Below are positions 55,412 to 64,000 of a stretch of 64,000 bases of DNA, in pieces. Source of the DNA: an uncultured Gammaproteobacteria bacterium (GTDB lineage Bacteria > Patescibacteriota > Microgenomatia > CAZETR01 > Amesbacteraceae); NCBI GenBank assembly GCA_964518565.1, contig CAZFGX010000001.1, positions 588,470-652,469 on the forward strand. Direction: 5' to 3'. A program made the position numbers and the translations under genes. The notes under the pieces were generated by a model, which saw only the letters and a list, made by a program, of their open reading frames with translations, had not been told where the DNA came from and searched no databases. Every line of letters begins with the position of its first letter. The first letter of the stretch is position 1.

Positions 55412-56007
55412 CCAAAAAATCCTCACCTCCCACCTACTCTCACTACGTCATTATGACACTACTTTTACTATGTATTGTTACCAGCTTTTTTGCTATTCAT
55501 CTGTTCAAAAAACAGCGTAGTGACACTGCCCAGCCACTGACTCAAAACTCCAACATCACAACAATCCAACCTGAATGTACGAAAAATAACTTTTTACCCA
55601 AAAACCAATATCTTCCTGCCTACCAAGTTAAACAAGGCGACACCTTACTATCTATCGCCAAAACCCAGCTCAAAGACGCCAGTCGGGTCAATGAACTAAT
55701 TCAACTCAATAGCGATATATATCCTTCACTATCTATAGAAAAACCATTTTTGGAAAAAGGCTGGAAACTAGCACTACCTCCCAAAGACACAGTCACCAAT
55801 GGCCTTGTCTATGTGGTAGCTGGTCGCGTCACCAAAAGTGCGTATGGCTGGGGCATTCACTCAAAAAATTCAAGCACAGGACCCTTTTTGCTATCCGAAC
55901 TGCCTGAAAACATAGTCACTAACGACTGCGCCATAGTTATTTACCAGGGCAACGACATAAAAACTGGAATGGGAAGTATCAAAGTCTTTTCGGTCTTAAA
56001 GCAATAG
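55408..56007 (+). CDS. membrane-anchored LysM-domain protein
   Basis: start MTKKSS overlaps the previous stop (ATGA); TM; YQVKQGDTLLSIAKTQL...LIQLN LysM. Confidence 0.55.
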   Translation: MTKKSSPPTYSHYVIMTLLLLCIVTSFFAIHLFKKQRSDTAQPLTQNSNITTIQPECTKNNFLPKNQYLPAYQVKQGDTLLSIAKTQLKDASRVNELIQLNSDIYPSLSIEKPFLEKGWKLALPPKDTVTNGLVYVVAGRVTKSAYGWGIHSKNSSTGPFLLSELPENIVTNDCAIVIYQGNDIKTGMGSIKVFSVLKQ

Positions 56008-56009
56008 TC

Positions 56010-56129
56010 TTACAAAGAGTTGGTATAAATCGCTACGAATATTGTCACAGTAATGGCCAAAATTATTGCAATCAAAACCAACAATTCCACGACGGCAATA
56101 CCAGAATATTTTTTAAAACTAAAAAACAT
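56010..56129 (-). CDS. tiny type IV pilin-like hydrophobic peptide (possible remnant)
   Basis: MFFSFKKYSG|IAVVELLVLIAIILAI: basic leader-Gly, Glu at +5, hydrophobic helix; only 39 aa. Confidence 0.22.
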   Translation of the reverse strand: MFFSFKKYSGIAVVELLVLIAIILAITVTIFVAIYTNSL

Positions 56130-56222
56130 ATTTCTAATTATGAATAGTAGAAAAAAACTTTTCAACACCAAAAAACAACGCAAACAGCTCAAATCCCGAC
56201 GACAACAGTATATACTATACAT

Positions 56223-56873
56223 ATGCGTATCTTTGCCGCCATCATTGCGTTTTTTACCTCATTGTTTCAGCCTACTAAACCAAACATTGTTTTAGATGCA
56301 CTTCCTACCCCTACAGAAATAATTTCGATATCCAAAATCAACCTTTCCTCACCGTCACCAACATTGCCAAAAGCAAAACAAGCAATTCAACCAACCACCA
56401 GGCCAACAAATTCGATTTCAGCTACTTCTAGCCCAGCTACATCTACCCGAGTCACTCCTACCGCAATTCCGACCGCAGTTCAAACTCAATCATTCACCCC
56501 TACCACTACTCCAATACCCCAACCTACCTACACCACAGCTACATCATGTAGCAGTGTCACAATCAGCGGCGCATCGTATGGTGGCAATCAATATGGCAAA
56601 GAAATCTACTACACCAATAGCAGCAGTACCATTACCATCACCGCCAATACCACACCACCAAACGGTAAGGTGGCCTGGAAAGTTGCTTCATTTTCAAACC
56701 AACTACCAAATGGTGGTAGCTTTTCAGCTACAAACCAACCTACCACTACCTACACGGCACCTCCCAACAATTCAGGTTCAGACCAGGGTGTAGAAATCCG
56801 TGGAGACATTTCCGAATATCCTGGTCCCTGGCTATACTGTCCACCGTTTACTCTGGCCATTCATACCAATTAA
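56223..56873 (+). CDS. secreted Thr/Pro-rich protein
   Basis: 216 aa; signal peptide; long T/P/S-rich region. Confidence 0.45.
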   Translation: MRIFAAIIAFFTSLFQPTKPNIVLDALPTPTEIISISKINLSSPSPTLPKAKQAIQPTTRPTNSISATSSPATSTRVTPTAIPTAVQTQSFTPTTTPIPQPTYTTATSCSSVTISGASYGGNQYGKEIYYTNSSSTITITANTTPPNGKVAWKVASFSNQLPNGGSFSATNQPTTTYTAPPNNSGSDQGVEIRGDISEYPGPWLYCPPFTLAIHTN

Positions 56874-56877
56874 TATC

Positions 56878-57282
56878 ATGGCCATACATCTTCCTTTTAC
56901 TATTGGTACTTCTCCCGATTTAAACATTCGCGGAATCATTGCCTCTGAACCAATCAAAAAAAATCAAATCATCGAACGTTGTCCCATTATCATGGTCAGC
57001 AAAAAAGAAGAGCCCGCCCTCAAACAAACTGTTTTATGGAAATATTATTATGAATGGAATCGCAATTTTCATTGTATCTGCCTCGGATACGGCAGTCTAA
57101 TAAACCATTCATACACACCCAACGCCCGCTATGCATTCAATACCAAAACCCGCGAACTTATCTTCAAAGCCCTTCGCCCAATTCATCCTGGAGAAGAAAT
57201 CACCGTCAATTACAACTATGTACCTGATTCCAAAGATCCCGTCAATCCTGAACTGATAGACTACAATTCTCACATGAGCTAA
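56878..57282 (+). CDS. SET-domain protein (putative lysine methyltransferase)
   Basis: 134 aa from MAIHL; GYGSLINHSYTPNARY (NHS.xPN) and EEITVNY SET motifs. Confidence 0.65.
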   Translation: MAIHLPFTIGTSPDLNIRGIIASEPIKKNQIIERCPIIMVSKKEEPALKQTVLWKYYYEWNRNFHCICLGYGSLINHSYTPNARYAFNTKTRELIFKALRPIHPGEEITVNYNYVPDSKDPVNPELIDYNSHMS

Positions 57283-58502
57283 GTGGGCATTCCCCATAGT
57301 TCAAACATTTTTTCCAATCCTTCAGGCAACGGTGGCACAATCCAGGCCTTTGTCCTATCTAGTTGTTCTCGTTGATGCTTTACATACGAATATGCTCGCT
57401 CCAATCGTTTTGTATCCACCGACAATCGCACTTGATTGTCATCCCAGCTCAACAAACCTGACCCCACCAACGCCTCATAACACATGGTACTCGAATTCAC
57501 ATACGCCTTCATAGCCGGCGAAGAAAAATCAAAAAATACGTCTTTGTGATAGGCAACAGCCAAGGATGCAATAATTTTTTTTCTTTCTAGGGGATTGGAT
57601 ATTGCCCAATTTAAAAGAATCTCTAGAGTATTTGCATCTGGTCCAGATTCAGAATAAATTTTTTTTATTTTGGGATAATAATGATGTGCTTGTTCATGCA
57701 AAACATAAATCAGTGACTGATACCAACCCGCATCATTTTTAGTCTCACCGAGTTGTTCAAAAATTTGCCCAGCAAGCGGCAATTCTTTAATAGCTTGTGG
57801 AAACAAATAAAAAGTATTTGCCTCAGAAAATGCTTGGCCACAGGAAACAGATCCTACACCCCATCCACCTGCTGCCAATACCTGCAATATCATTGGCCGT
57901 TTATGCAGTCCTCGCCTAAATCGGGGATGCAAATCCTGGACTCGCTGGCGCCAAGGTCCAAATTGCTGTTCCAATGCATGATCTGGCATTGCCAAATACA
58001 CTTCAGGCTCTGCTTGACCAATATTGGAGTCAGTAGCACCAATCACCATCAGTAATGGCAAGTCAGGATTATTGATATAAAAATCATACATACAGTGTTC
58101 CAATTCAGTATTCAATTCCACCAACTCAGCCCGACTAGTCACTTCAAACAAACAGCTCGTTCGTTGCAAAATTGGTCGATAAACACTTGGTAACTCTTTC
58201 AAATCTTGCTTTATTTGACCTTGTATCCTGCCAACAATTTCTGGCGCCACATCTTTCGCAGCCAAAAAAGAGCTCGCTCGTCCGCGTTCCAGCTGACAAA
58301 CAAACAATTCCGATATCGGCTTCATCAGTCGCCCCAGATGTCTGACGGCCAGACTCTCTGCATTTTTTTCTATACGCTCTTGTCGCTTGTCCACCAAGTG
58401 TAAACGGCTACGCACATACTCAGCCGCATCTTTTGTAGTCGCTTGATAAAAAATCCCTCCACCCAACGCCTCAGAATCAAAAAATGGGATTTCCCCTTTC
58501 AT
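57279..58502 (-). CDS. hypothetical protein with HEQAH (HExxH) motif
   Basis: 407 aa; single HExxH; otherwise unrecognised. Confidence 0.45.
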   Translation of the reverse strand: MKGEIPFFDSEALGGGIFYQATTKDAAEYVRSRLHLVDKRQERIEKNAESLAVRHLGRLMKPISELFVCQLERGRASSFLAAKDVAPEIVGRIQGQIKQDLKELPSVYRPILQRTSCLFEVTSRAELVELNTELEHCMYDFYINNPDLPLLMVIGATDSNIGQAEPEVYLAMPDHALEQQFGPWRQRVQDLHPRFRRGLHKRPMILQVLAAGGWGVGSVSCGQAFSEANTFYLFPQAIKELPLAGQIFEQLGETKNDAGWYQSLIYVLHEQAHHYYPKIKKIYSESGPDANTLEILLNWAISNPLERKKIIASLAVAYHKDVFFDFSSPAMKAYVNSSTMCYEALVGSGLLSWDDNQVRLSVDTKRLERAYSYVKHQREQLDRTKAWIVPPLPEGLEKMFELWGMPT

Positions 58503-58524
58503 ATCTACCCGTTATACTACATAT

Positions 58525-59184
58525 GTGAGCAGTCGTTTGCACAAATTTCAATCAAAAATGCTTCGCGACACTGCCATGGTCATCCTTGCTTTAGTCAGCG
58601 TATTTCTGATTATTTTTGAAGTCTTATCCACTCTTGGCTTTAGCGCATATCACTCCATCGGCTGGATCGACCTAATTATCTCCGGCTTATTTCTAGGAGA
58701 CTTTTTTCTCCATCTCCACAACTCTCCAGACAAACAGCGTTTTTGGCGTAGGCACTGGTGGGAGCTCCTTGCCGCCATTCCATTTGTCCTGCCTATTTCG
58801 CCCACAATTCTTCGTTTTTTACGCATTGTCCGTTTTATCATCCGGCTCAAAATTCTGATCGAAGCCTCGACTGAATACGCCAAAAATTCCTATGCTATTT
58901 ATATCGTTAATATCGTCTTAATTATTATTTTCTCTGGTGCAGCCGGATTTCATTATTTTGAATTTGGCACCAATCCCAATGTCCACTCATATTGGGACAG
59001 TATTTGGTGGGCCATTGTTACTAGTACAACCATTGGGTATGGCGACATTTTCCCAGTCACCACTGGTGGGCGAGTGGTCGCAATTGGGGTCATGTTTTTT
59101 GGCATTGCCAGTTTAGGAACATTTATTGCCTCAATAAATTCTTATTTCCTCAATCGCCGCATCAAGCGATTGAAAAAACGGTAA
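58525..59184 (+). CDS. voltage-sensor-containing K+ channel (KvAP-like, short)
   Basis: TTIGYGD selectivity filter; S4-like LRFLRIVRFIIRLKIL with Arg at every third position. Confidence 0.7.
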   Translation: MSSRLHKFQSKMLRDTAMVILALVSVFLIIFEVLSTLGFSAYHSIGWIDLIISGLFLGDFFLHLHNSPDKQRFWRRHWWELLAAIPFVLPISPTILRFLRIVRFIIRLKILIEASTEYAKNSYAIYIVNIVLIIIFSGAAGFHYFEFGTNPNVHSYWDSIWWAIVTSTTIGYGDIFPVTTGGRVVAIGVMFFGIASLGTFIASINSYFLNRRIKRLKKR

Positions 59185-59204
59185 TTGCTGCCTATACTAC
59201 ATCT

Positions 59205-59681
59205 ATGGCCAAGACTCTGATACCCCAATTGTCATTGGCAGCTGGAGTCGTAGTAATTATCGCTTCAACCCTTATTATCACTTCCCATACATCTACCAGT
59301 CCCAAGCCAGCATTCGCCGCCAAAAACCCAAACCAGACTCCTACACCCAAATTACCAAAATTCTCTGACTTTGTTCCTGGAAAAATGTTCCAAGACCTAA
59401 AAGTTGTCAGCGTGTCCCCAAACTCACCAATAAATACCGTTACATTTAAAGGCCACCTGACTCTCGAGGGAGTAGTAGATGACAAAAATTGTCTCACCCA
59501 GCTAACCGCTTCTTCCTCTGCCCAACTACCACAAATCTCTCACAATAATCATCCCAAAATTTGTTTTAAAATTCCTCTCCCGATTACCAAAAATCTACCC
59601 ACAAAAATTCGAGTCGACAATCTCGGCGCCAACCAATCAAATGGCGACTATCAAGCTACTTTCATCTCAGTAGTAAAATAG
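59205..59681 (+). CDS. secreted hypothetical protein
   Basis: 158 aa, signal/TM at N-terminus. Confidence 0.45.
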   Translation: MAKTLIPQLSLAAGVVVIIASTLIITSHTSTSPKPAFAAKNPNQTPTPKLPKFSDFVPGKMFQDLKVVSVSPNSPINTVTFKGHLTLEGVVDDKNCLTQLTASSSAQLPQISHNNHPKICFKIPLPITKNLPTKIRVDNLGANQSNGDYQATFISVVK

Positions 59682-59685
59682 ATAC

Positions 59686-60240
59686 ATGACTAAATCCTCA
59701 TGGACTCCAAAATACCCCCGCACTGGATTTGCCGTTATGTTAGTCATTGCCAAATCTCGATCCAAAAAACGCACCCTTTACCCCTTACGCAGATTTTGTA
59801 AAAGCGAAAAAGAAATTGATAGATATATAAATGAAATCAACAAAGCATTTCAGGAAGAAAAAACCGGCCACCACATAAAATCTGTTTATGTGGCAGACTT
59901 ACGCTTCTCCAAAAATTGGGAACTTTTACCCGAATATTGGCAACAACCAGGGGAGGGATTTGACCAAGGATTACGCGATAAATTATTTGTCGACTTTTTA
60001 GACGAATTCTCTCTTCGTCAATCCGGCTGGCTCATGCTGATCACTCCAGAAACTAAAATCCGCAACACAGAATTGTATTCTGTCCCCATGCCTTTACGGC
60101 TAATCAAACGGGAATCAGACACTGAAGCATTTATGCGTTATTCAAATTGGCATGTCGATCAAAACGCTACGCACGCCGCAATGTATACAGTGGAAAATCT
60201 AACCCAATACTACCTCAGTCGTAACATTCCACTTCACTAA
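59686..60240 (+). CDS. hypothetical protein
   Basis: 184 aa. Confidence 0.45.
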   Translation: MTKSSWTPKYPRTGFAVMLVIAKSRSKKRTLYPLRRFCKSEKEIDRYINEINKAFQEEKTGHHIKSVYVADLRFSKNWELLPEYWQQPGEGFDQGLRDKLFVDFLDEFSLRQSGWLMLITPETKIRNTELYSVPMPLRLIKRESDTEAFMRYSNWHVDQNATHAAMYTVENLTQYYLSRNIPLH

Positions 60241-60973
60241 GTAAGTTCGAATATTCCTTACCCGATAAATGCCAACTCCCAGGTCGATAGGGGTGATCCA
60301 AATCATCAATCATCACATATGGCGCATAAGCCAAAAGCGCCACTCCCAAAGTCAAAACATACTTCAACCACCATGAAGAAATAGGTAATACCAAAGACAT
60401 AAACACGATCATAATCACAGCAAAAAATAAAAACATACGCAAAATAATCGGTGTTGTTCTACGACTATAATTCTCTCGCTGCTCTTTCCAATGCATAATC
60501 TTCGCCAATAGATCGTATGCAATCTGGGCTGTTCGTGAATTTTTATTTTGATCCTCTAGTGTATAAATCGCATCTTCAAGCCGCATCAACGCTTTATGGG
60601 TCATTTCAGCAGATGGTCCATGACCATGCTGCCAACCTGAATGCACCAGTGCCTGTAAATATCCCTTCATTTCTTCTCTTATTAATCCATGCAAACGCAA
60701 AGGCAAGTGTCTAGCTAACAAATGCAGCTGTTTCAAGGCATTTATTTCTCCATGGCTCGCCTCCACCAATCGATCCCACACATTCCATTTACTCTGCACC
60801 ACAAACCCCGACAATACACTAAAAATAAACCCAGCCATCGAATATAGCCCCACAACTACCAAGATATCTCGCTCACTCAAAAAGTGAAACACGGGAACAC
60901 TGCCTATCAACCAAAACAAAAATGTATAAACAACCAAAAAAATACTCAACAACAAAGCGACGCGATTGGGCAT
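60215..60973 (-). CDS. polytopic membrane protein
   Basis: 252 aa, 4+ TM. Confidence 0.45.
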   Translation of the reverse strand: MPNRVALLLSIFLVVYTFLFWLIGSVPVFHFLSERDILVVVGLYSMAGFIFSVLSGFVVQSKWNVWDRLVEASHGEINALKQLHLLARHLPLRLHGLIREEMKGYLQALVHSGWQHGHGPSAEMTHKALMRLEDAIYTLEDQNKNSRTAQIAYDLLAKIMHWKEQRENYSRRTTPIILRMFLFFAVIMIVFMSLVLPISSWWLKYVLTLGVALLAYAPYVMIDDLDHPYRPGSWHLSGKEYSNLLSEVECYD

Positions 60974-60977
60974 AAAA

Positions 60978-62315
60978 TTATTGTATCACTCGAATCAGTA
61001 GTTTATCTCTATCTTTTGCCAAGATTTCATACTGACGAGGGGAGAGACCAGATCCCAACAGTCTCCAGTCACGAGTGATCAACAAAAACGGTTTAGGTTC
61101 TTGTTTAACCAAATCCGCCAAGCTCGGCAACACCTTGATCACTTTTTTGTTTGAATAAAAAACTACTGCCGGCACCGAATCATCGTCCAAATACAAAATT
61201 CCCGGGTATCCAGCTGCTTTTTGCGCCAATATTTGTTCATCTGATATATAACGCTGCGTATCCACAAACTCTGTCCAATTTCGTACCATCAACCCTATAC
61301 CAATCATTCCAGCAAAACCCAACACCAAGCCAAGCCTTACGAATTTAAAGGGGACAAAGCTGGCTATCCAAATCAAAAATCCAAACAAGGCCAAGTGAAC
61401 AAATGGATACGCTGGAATCATATGCCATATCTGTCCACGCGATGAAAATAAAAAGGGCAACATAATGGATACTGCTGCCACCACAGGTACGAAATACGCC
61501 CGTTTAAATCTGACCAGACTTCCGACCATACCCAGCATGCCATACCAAAACCACTTTCCAAATCCGTTGTAAAAAAAGGTTTTTACCTGAGCTAAATTTG
61601 GCAAAAATTCAAACCTCTGTCCCACACCCGGAAGTCCAATAGAAAAATATCTAGTCAAAAATATTTCCGAAGCTGCCATATTTGCCTGCACCCATAGCCC
61701 AAGAGGGAACAATACTAATATTACTCCCAACAATATCTCCCACCATCTATATATAGAAACTCCCCAAAATATAATTACTAGCACCGGAAAAACCGTCAAT
61801 GGTACCATTGTCTTTGTCAAAAGCAGACTCACCAGCATGAGTAAAAACGGCCAAACATAGACCCGATTTGTCCTGGCCTTCCAAGCAAAATAAATAGTCG
61901 TCACGAAAAAAAATGTCAAAAATATATCCAAATTTCCTGTCCGCGACCGATACAAAAACCAAGGCGATGTGGCCAAAGAAAATGCAGCACAAAATCCAGC
62001 CAATTTATTGTAGAGCGCTTTTCCCAACAAGTAGACAAACCATACAGTCAACAAACCAACTACACTAGACAATATGCGCGAACCAAATTCATTTGCACCA
62101 AAAATTTTTTGTCCCAAAGCAATCAGCCAAAATCCCATTGGGGGATGATCAGTAAATACCGCCTGATTAAAATGCATTACCCATAAATCCTTACCCAACA
62201 ATATTTGCTTGGCGATCTCTGCATACCACGCCTCATCCCAACTGACCAGCGACATTTGCCCCAACTTAAACAAAAACCAAGGGGAGACAGCAAATACCAA
62301 CAAAATTCCTAACAT
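60978..62315 (-). CDS. GT39/PMT_2-family glycosyltransferase (ArnT-like)
   Basis: 445 aa; >10 TM; N-terminal WDEAWYAEIA...FTDHPP loop motif typical of ArnT/PMT. Confidence 0.7.
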   Translation of the reverse strand: MLGILLVFAVSPWFLFKLGQMSLVSWDEAWYAEIAKQILLGKDLWVMHFNQAVFTDHPPMGFWLIALGQKIFGANEFGSRILSSVVGLLTVWFVYLLGKALYNKLAGFCAAFSLATSPWFLYRSRTGNLDIFLTFFFVTTIYFAWKARTNRVYVWPFLLMLVSLLLTKTMVPLTVFPVLVIIFWGVSIYRWWEILLGVILVLFPLGLWVQANMAASEIFLTRYFSIGLPGVGQRFEFLPNLAQVKTFFYNGFGKWFWYGMLGMVGSLVRFKRAYFVPVVAAVSIMLPFLFSSRGQIWHMIPAYPFVHLALFGFLIWIASFVPFKFVRLGLVLGFAGMIGIGLMVRNWTEFVDTQRYISDEQILAQKAAGYPGILYLDDDSVPAVVFYSNKKVIKVLPSLADLVKQEPKPFLLITRDWRLLGSGLSPRQYEILAKDRDKLLIRVIQ

Positions 62316-62371
62316 GAGTTATCAAATTCTATACTCTTGACAACATTTTTCAAACAGTTCATAAATAGGGT

Positions 62372-63277
62372 ATGGCACGTCTGCCCGCGATGCTACTAGT
62401 AGGGACTTCATTCATCGCTGCCACCTCCACCGCATTTGCCGCCACAGACCATCTAGTTATATCTGAAATTCAAACACGTAGCGTAGCCAACGCTGACGAT
62501 GAATTCGTCGAGCTATACAATCCCACTTCAAGTCCTGTAGTCATTGACGGGCTTCGTCTACGTTTAGGCGCCAGTTCAAACCTTATCGATTCAATGAACG
62601 GCACAATTCCTGCTCATGGATTTTATTTAGTCAGCAAACCTGGTGCAAATCTACCTATAGCTTCCGATGCCACATATTCAGCTTCTTCTTCAGCTATTAC
62701 CAGCAGTAGCACCATCACCTTACTCGACACAGATCATGCCACCATCATCGATAGAGTAGGGCTAGGTACTGCCACACTATTTGAAACTGCATCAGCTGCT
62801 ACGCCATCGGCAGGAGGAAGTATTGAGCGCAAAGCCAAATCCACATCTACACCTACATCTATGCAAAGTGGAGGAGTAGACGAATTCGAAGGCAATGGGG
62901 AAGACACCGACAACAATGCCTCAGATTTTAATATCCGAGATATTTCAAATCCCCAAAACGCTACTTCCACAATAGAACCAACCGTGGCCATTCCGACACC
63001 TACAGCTACGCCTACATCAACCCCAATCCCAACACCAACTTCTACACCCACACCAACTATGACTCCGGCGCCCACAGCTACGCCTACACCCACAACGACT
63101 CCCATACCAACAATAGCTCCCACCATGACGCCCACAGCCACACCCACACCACCAGCTCCACCTAGCACATTTTTCCCCAAGCCCATTCTCAAATGCACAG
63201 TTACCTATATACCTCACGAAATGTTTGGCACTACAATTTATTTCCCCAGACTTCATTGTGAAGTCGTCAGGCTGTAG
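62372..63277 (+). CDS. secreted lamin-tail-domain (LTD) protein with Thr/Pro linker
   Basis: signal peptide; LVISEIQTRSVANADDEFVELYNPT LTD motif; PTPTATPTSTPIPTPTSTP linker. Confidence 0.6.
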   Translation: MARLPAMLLVGTSFIAATSTAFAATDHLVISEIQTRSVANADDEFVELYNPTSSPVVIDGLRLRLGASSNLIDSMNGTIPAHGFYLVSKPGANLPIASDATYSASSSAITSSSTITLLDTDHATIIDRVGLGTATLFETASAATPSAGGSIERKAKSTSTPTSMQSGGVDEFEGNGEDTDNNASDFNIRDISNPQNATSTIEPTVAIPTPTATPTSTPIPTPTSTPTPTMTPAPTATPTPTTTPIPTIAPTMTPTATPTPPAPPSTFFPKPILKCTVTYIPHEMFGTTIYFPRLHCEVVRL

Positions 63278-63724
63278 GGGAGAGACCTCTATCTTCAATA
63301 AAAAAAATTTATTAGTCTATATATATTGTCACCAAAACAATATCTACTCCAAAAAAAATAAAATTTTTTTAATGTATAAAGGCTTTTTCAATACTCAATA
63401 AAAAAACCAAGTTATCAACACTCACCCGGCTCCGCTAATTTTTCACACTCACCTGCCAAAATGATATAGTTTGATATCCTCTAGCAAAATTATCTCAGAC
63501 TCCCCTTTGCTAATCTTTTTTTACTATATATTCATTTGTATACCAAAAAAAATTCTCATTCCGTGAAAACTTTTTTTCACAAAACAATACTACAAAAAAA
63601 TAAATTTCAAATGACTAACTAACCATGATTTTAATTTACGGCCGTTTAAACGCCTTTTATCGCCTCGGTATTTTAGCCTCACAGAGCCGATAGACCGCCT
63701 CAAATAGCGGTCTACCAAAAAAAT

Positions 63725-63994
63725 CTACTGTACCAATACAGCTTGCGCTGCTTTTGCACATTCCAAATCCTGACTCACATCCATAGAACCTCCGACACCA
63801 ATTCCACCAACCAATACATTATTTATCTGCACTGGCACACCACCAGCAATAGTCGTCAGCTCACCAGCAAACAACGAATTAATATCATGATAAGGTTTTC
63901 CTTCAGCTGCATATGGAGCCATATCAGCAGTCGCCATACCCAAAGTTCCAGACGTATACGCCTTTGCAAAGGCAAAACGTGGACTAATCGTCAA
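63725..63994 (-). CDS. GlcG/DUF336-like (putative heme-binding) protein
   Basis: GGVPV...[21 protein letters not shown] resembles the GlcG family; lies near the window edge. Confidence 0.45.
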   Translation of the reverse strand: MTISPRFAFAKAYTSGTLGMATADMAPYAAEGKPYHDINSLFAGELTTIAGGVPVQINNVLVGGIGVGGSMDVSQDLECAKAAQAVLVQ

Positions 63995-64000
63995 TGCACC

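Noticed and set aside
62734-63298. Minus-strand Gly/Val-rich 154-aa and Cys/Trp/Arg-rich 93-aa ORFs
   Set aside because: They are antisense to the (ACN)n Thr/Pro linker of the LTD protein gene, a repeat-induced open frame.
63683-63706. Hairpin TAGACCGC...GCGGTCTA as an intrinsic terminator for the GlcG-like gene
   Set aside because: No U-run follows the stem on either strand. On the minus strand the U-run precedes the stem.
1-64000. CRISPR array
   Set aside because: No series of regularly spaced short direct repeats was seen. The only long repeats are the two pairs described (56 nt and 47 nt), each present just twice.

Overview
This 64 kb window is AT-rich (roughly 38-45% GC by eye) with a dense gene complement, and it looks like a reduced-genome bacterium. 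Candidate Phyla Radiation / Patescibacteria is my inference, based on the short tsf, absent pyrH/uppS/cdsA, an O-antigen-ligase/TPR fusion, a GT39 gene and many secreted Thr/Pro-linker proteins. The standard genetic code appears to be in use, since TGA acts as a stop. Recognisable housekeeping genes are tgt, galU, queA, rseP, frr, tsf, rpsB, a Clp/Hsp100-like AAA+ ATPase, folD, glyA, a tmk-like kinase, gmd, a DAG-kinase-like lipid kinase, topA, a PBP2 transpeptidase, mreB, an O-antigen ligase-like protein, def, fmt, rpmB, an M50 protease, rpmG and a GspE/PilB-type ATPase. There are four tRNAs: Thr-UGU, Tyr-GUA, Thr-GGU and Trp-CCA. The observations worth a second look are these: (1) a GC-elevated operon of nine minus-strand genes at 15.0-19.8 kb with serial 4-nt ATGA start/stop overlaps, encoding an SPFH/band-7 protein, a SHOCT-like membrane protein, a lipoprotein and small membrane or secreted proteins, closed by an intrinsic terminator; (2) five tandem small genes built from a repeated winged-helix-like module, two with C-terminal membrane anchors, inserted between def and fmt; (3) a tRNA-Tyr/tRNA-Thr bracketed islet with a degenerate duplicate of the tRNA-Thr 3' half, which resembles an att site; (4) two pairs of long near-identical direct repeats, one of 56 nt and one of 47 nt, bracketing small gene cassettes; (5) a candidate ~190-nt ncRNA with its own promoter and terminator; (6) a bacterial SET-domain protein, a TTIGYGD K+ channel, a GIY-YIG gene abutting tRNA-Trp, and a cluster of paralogous small membrane proteins. 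All calls are made from sequence reading alone; nothing was searched.
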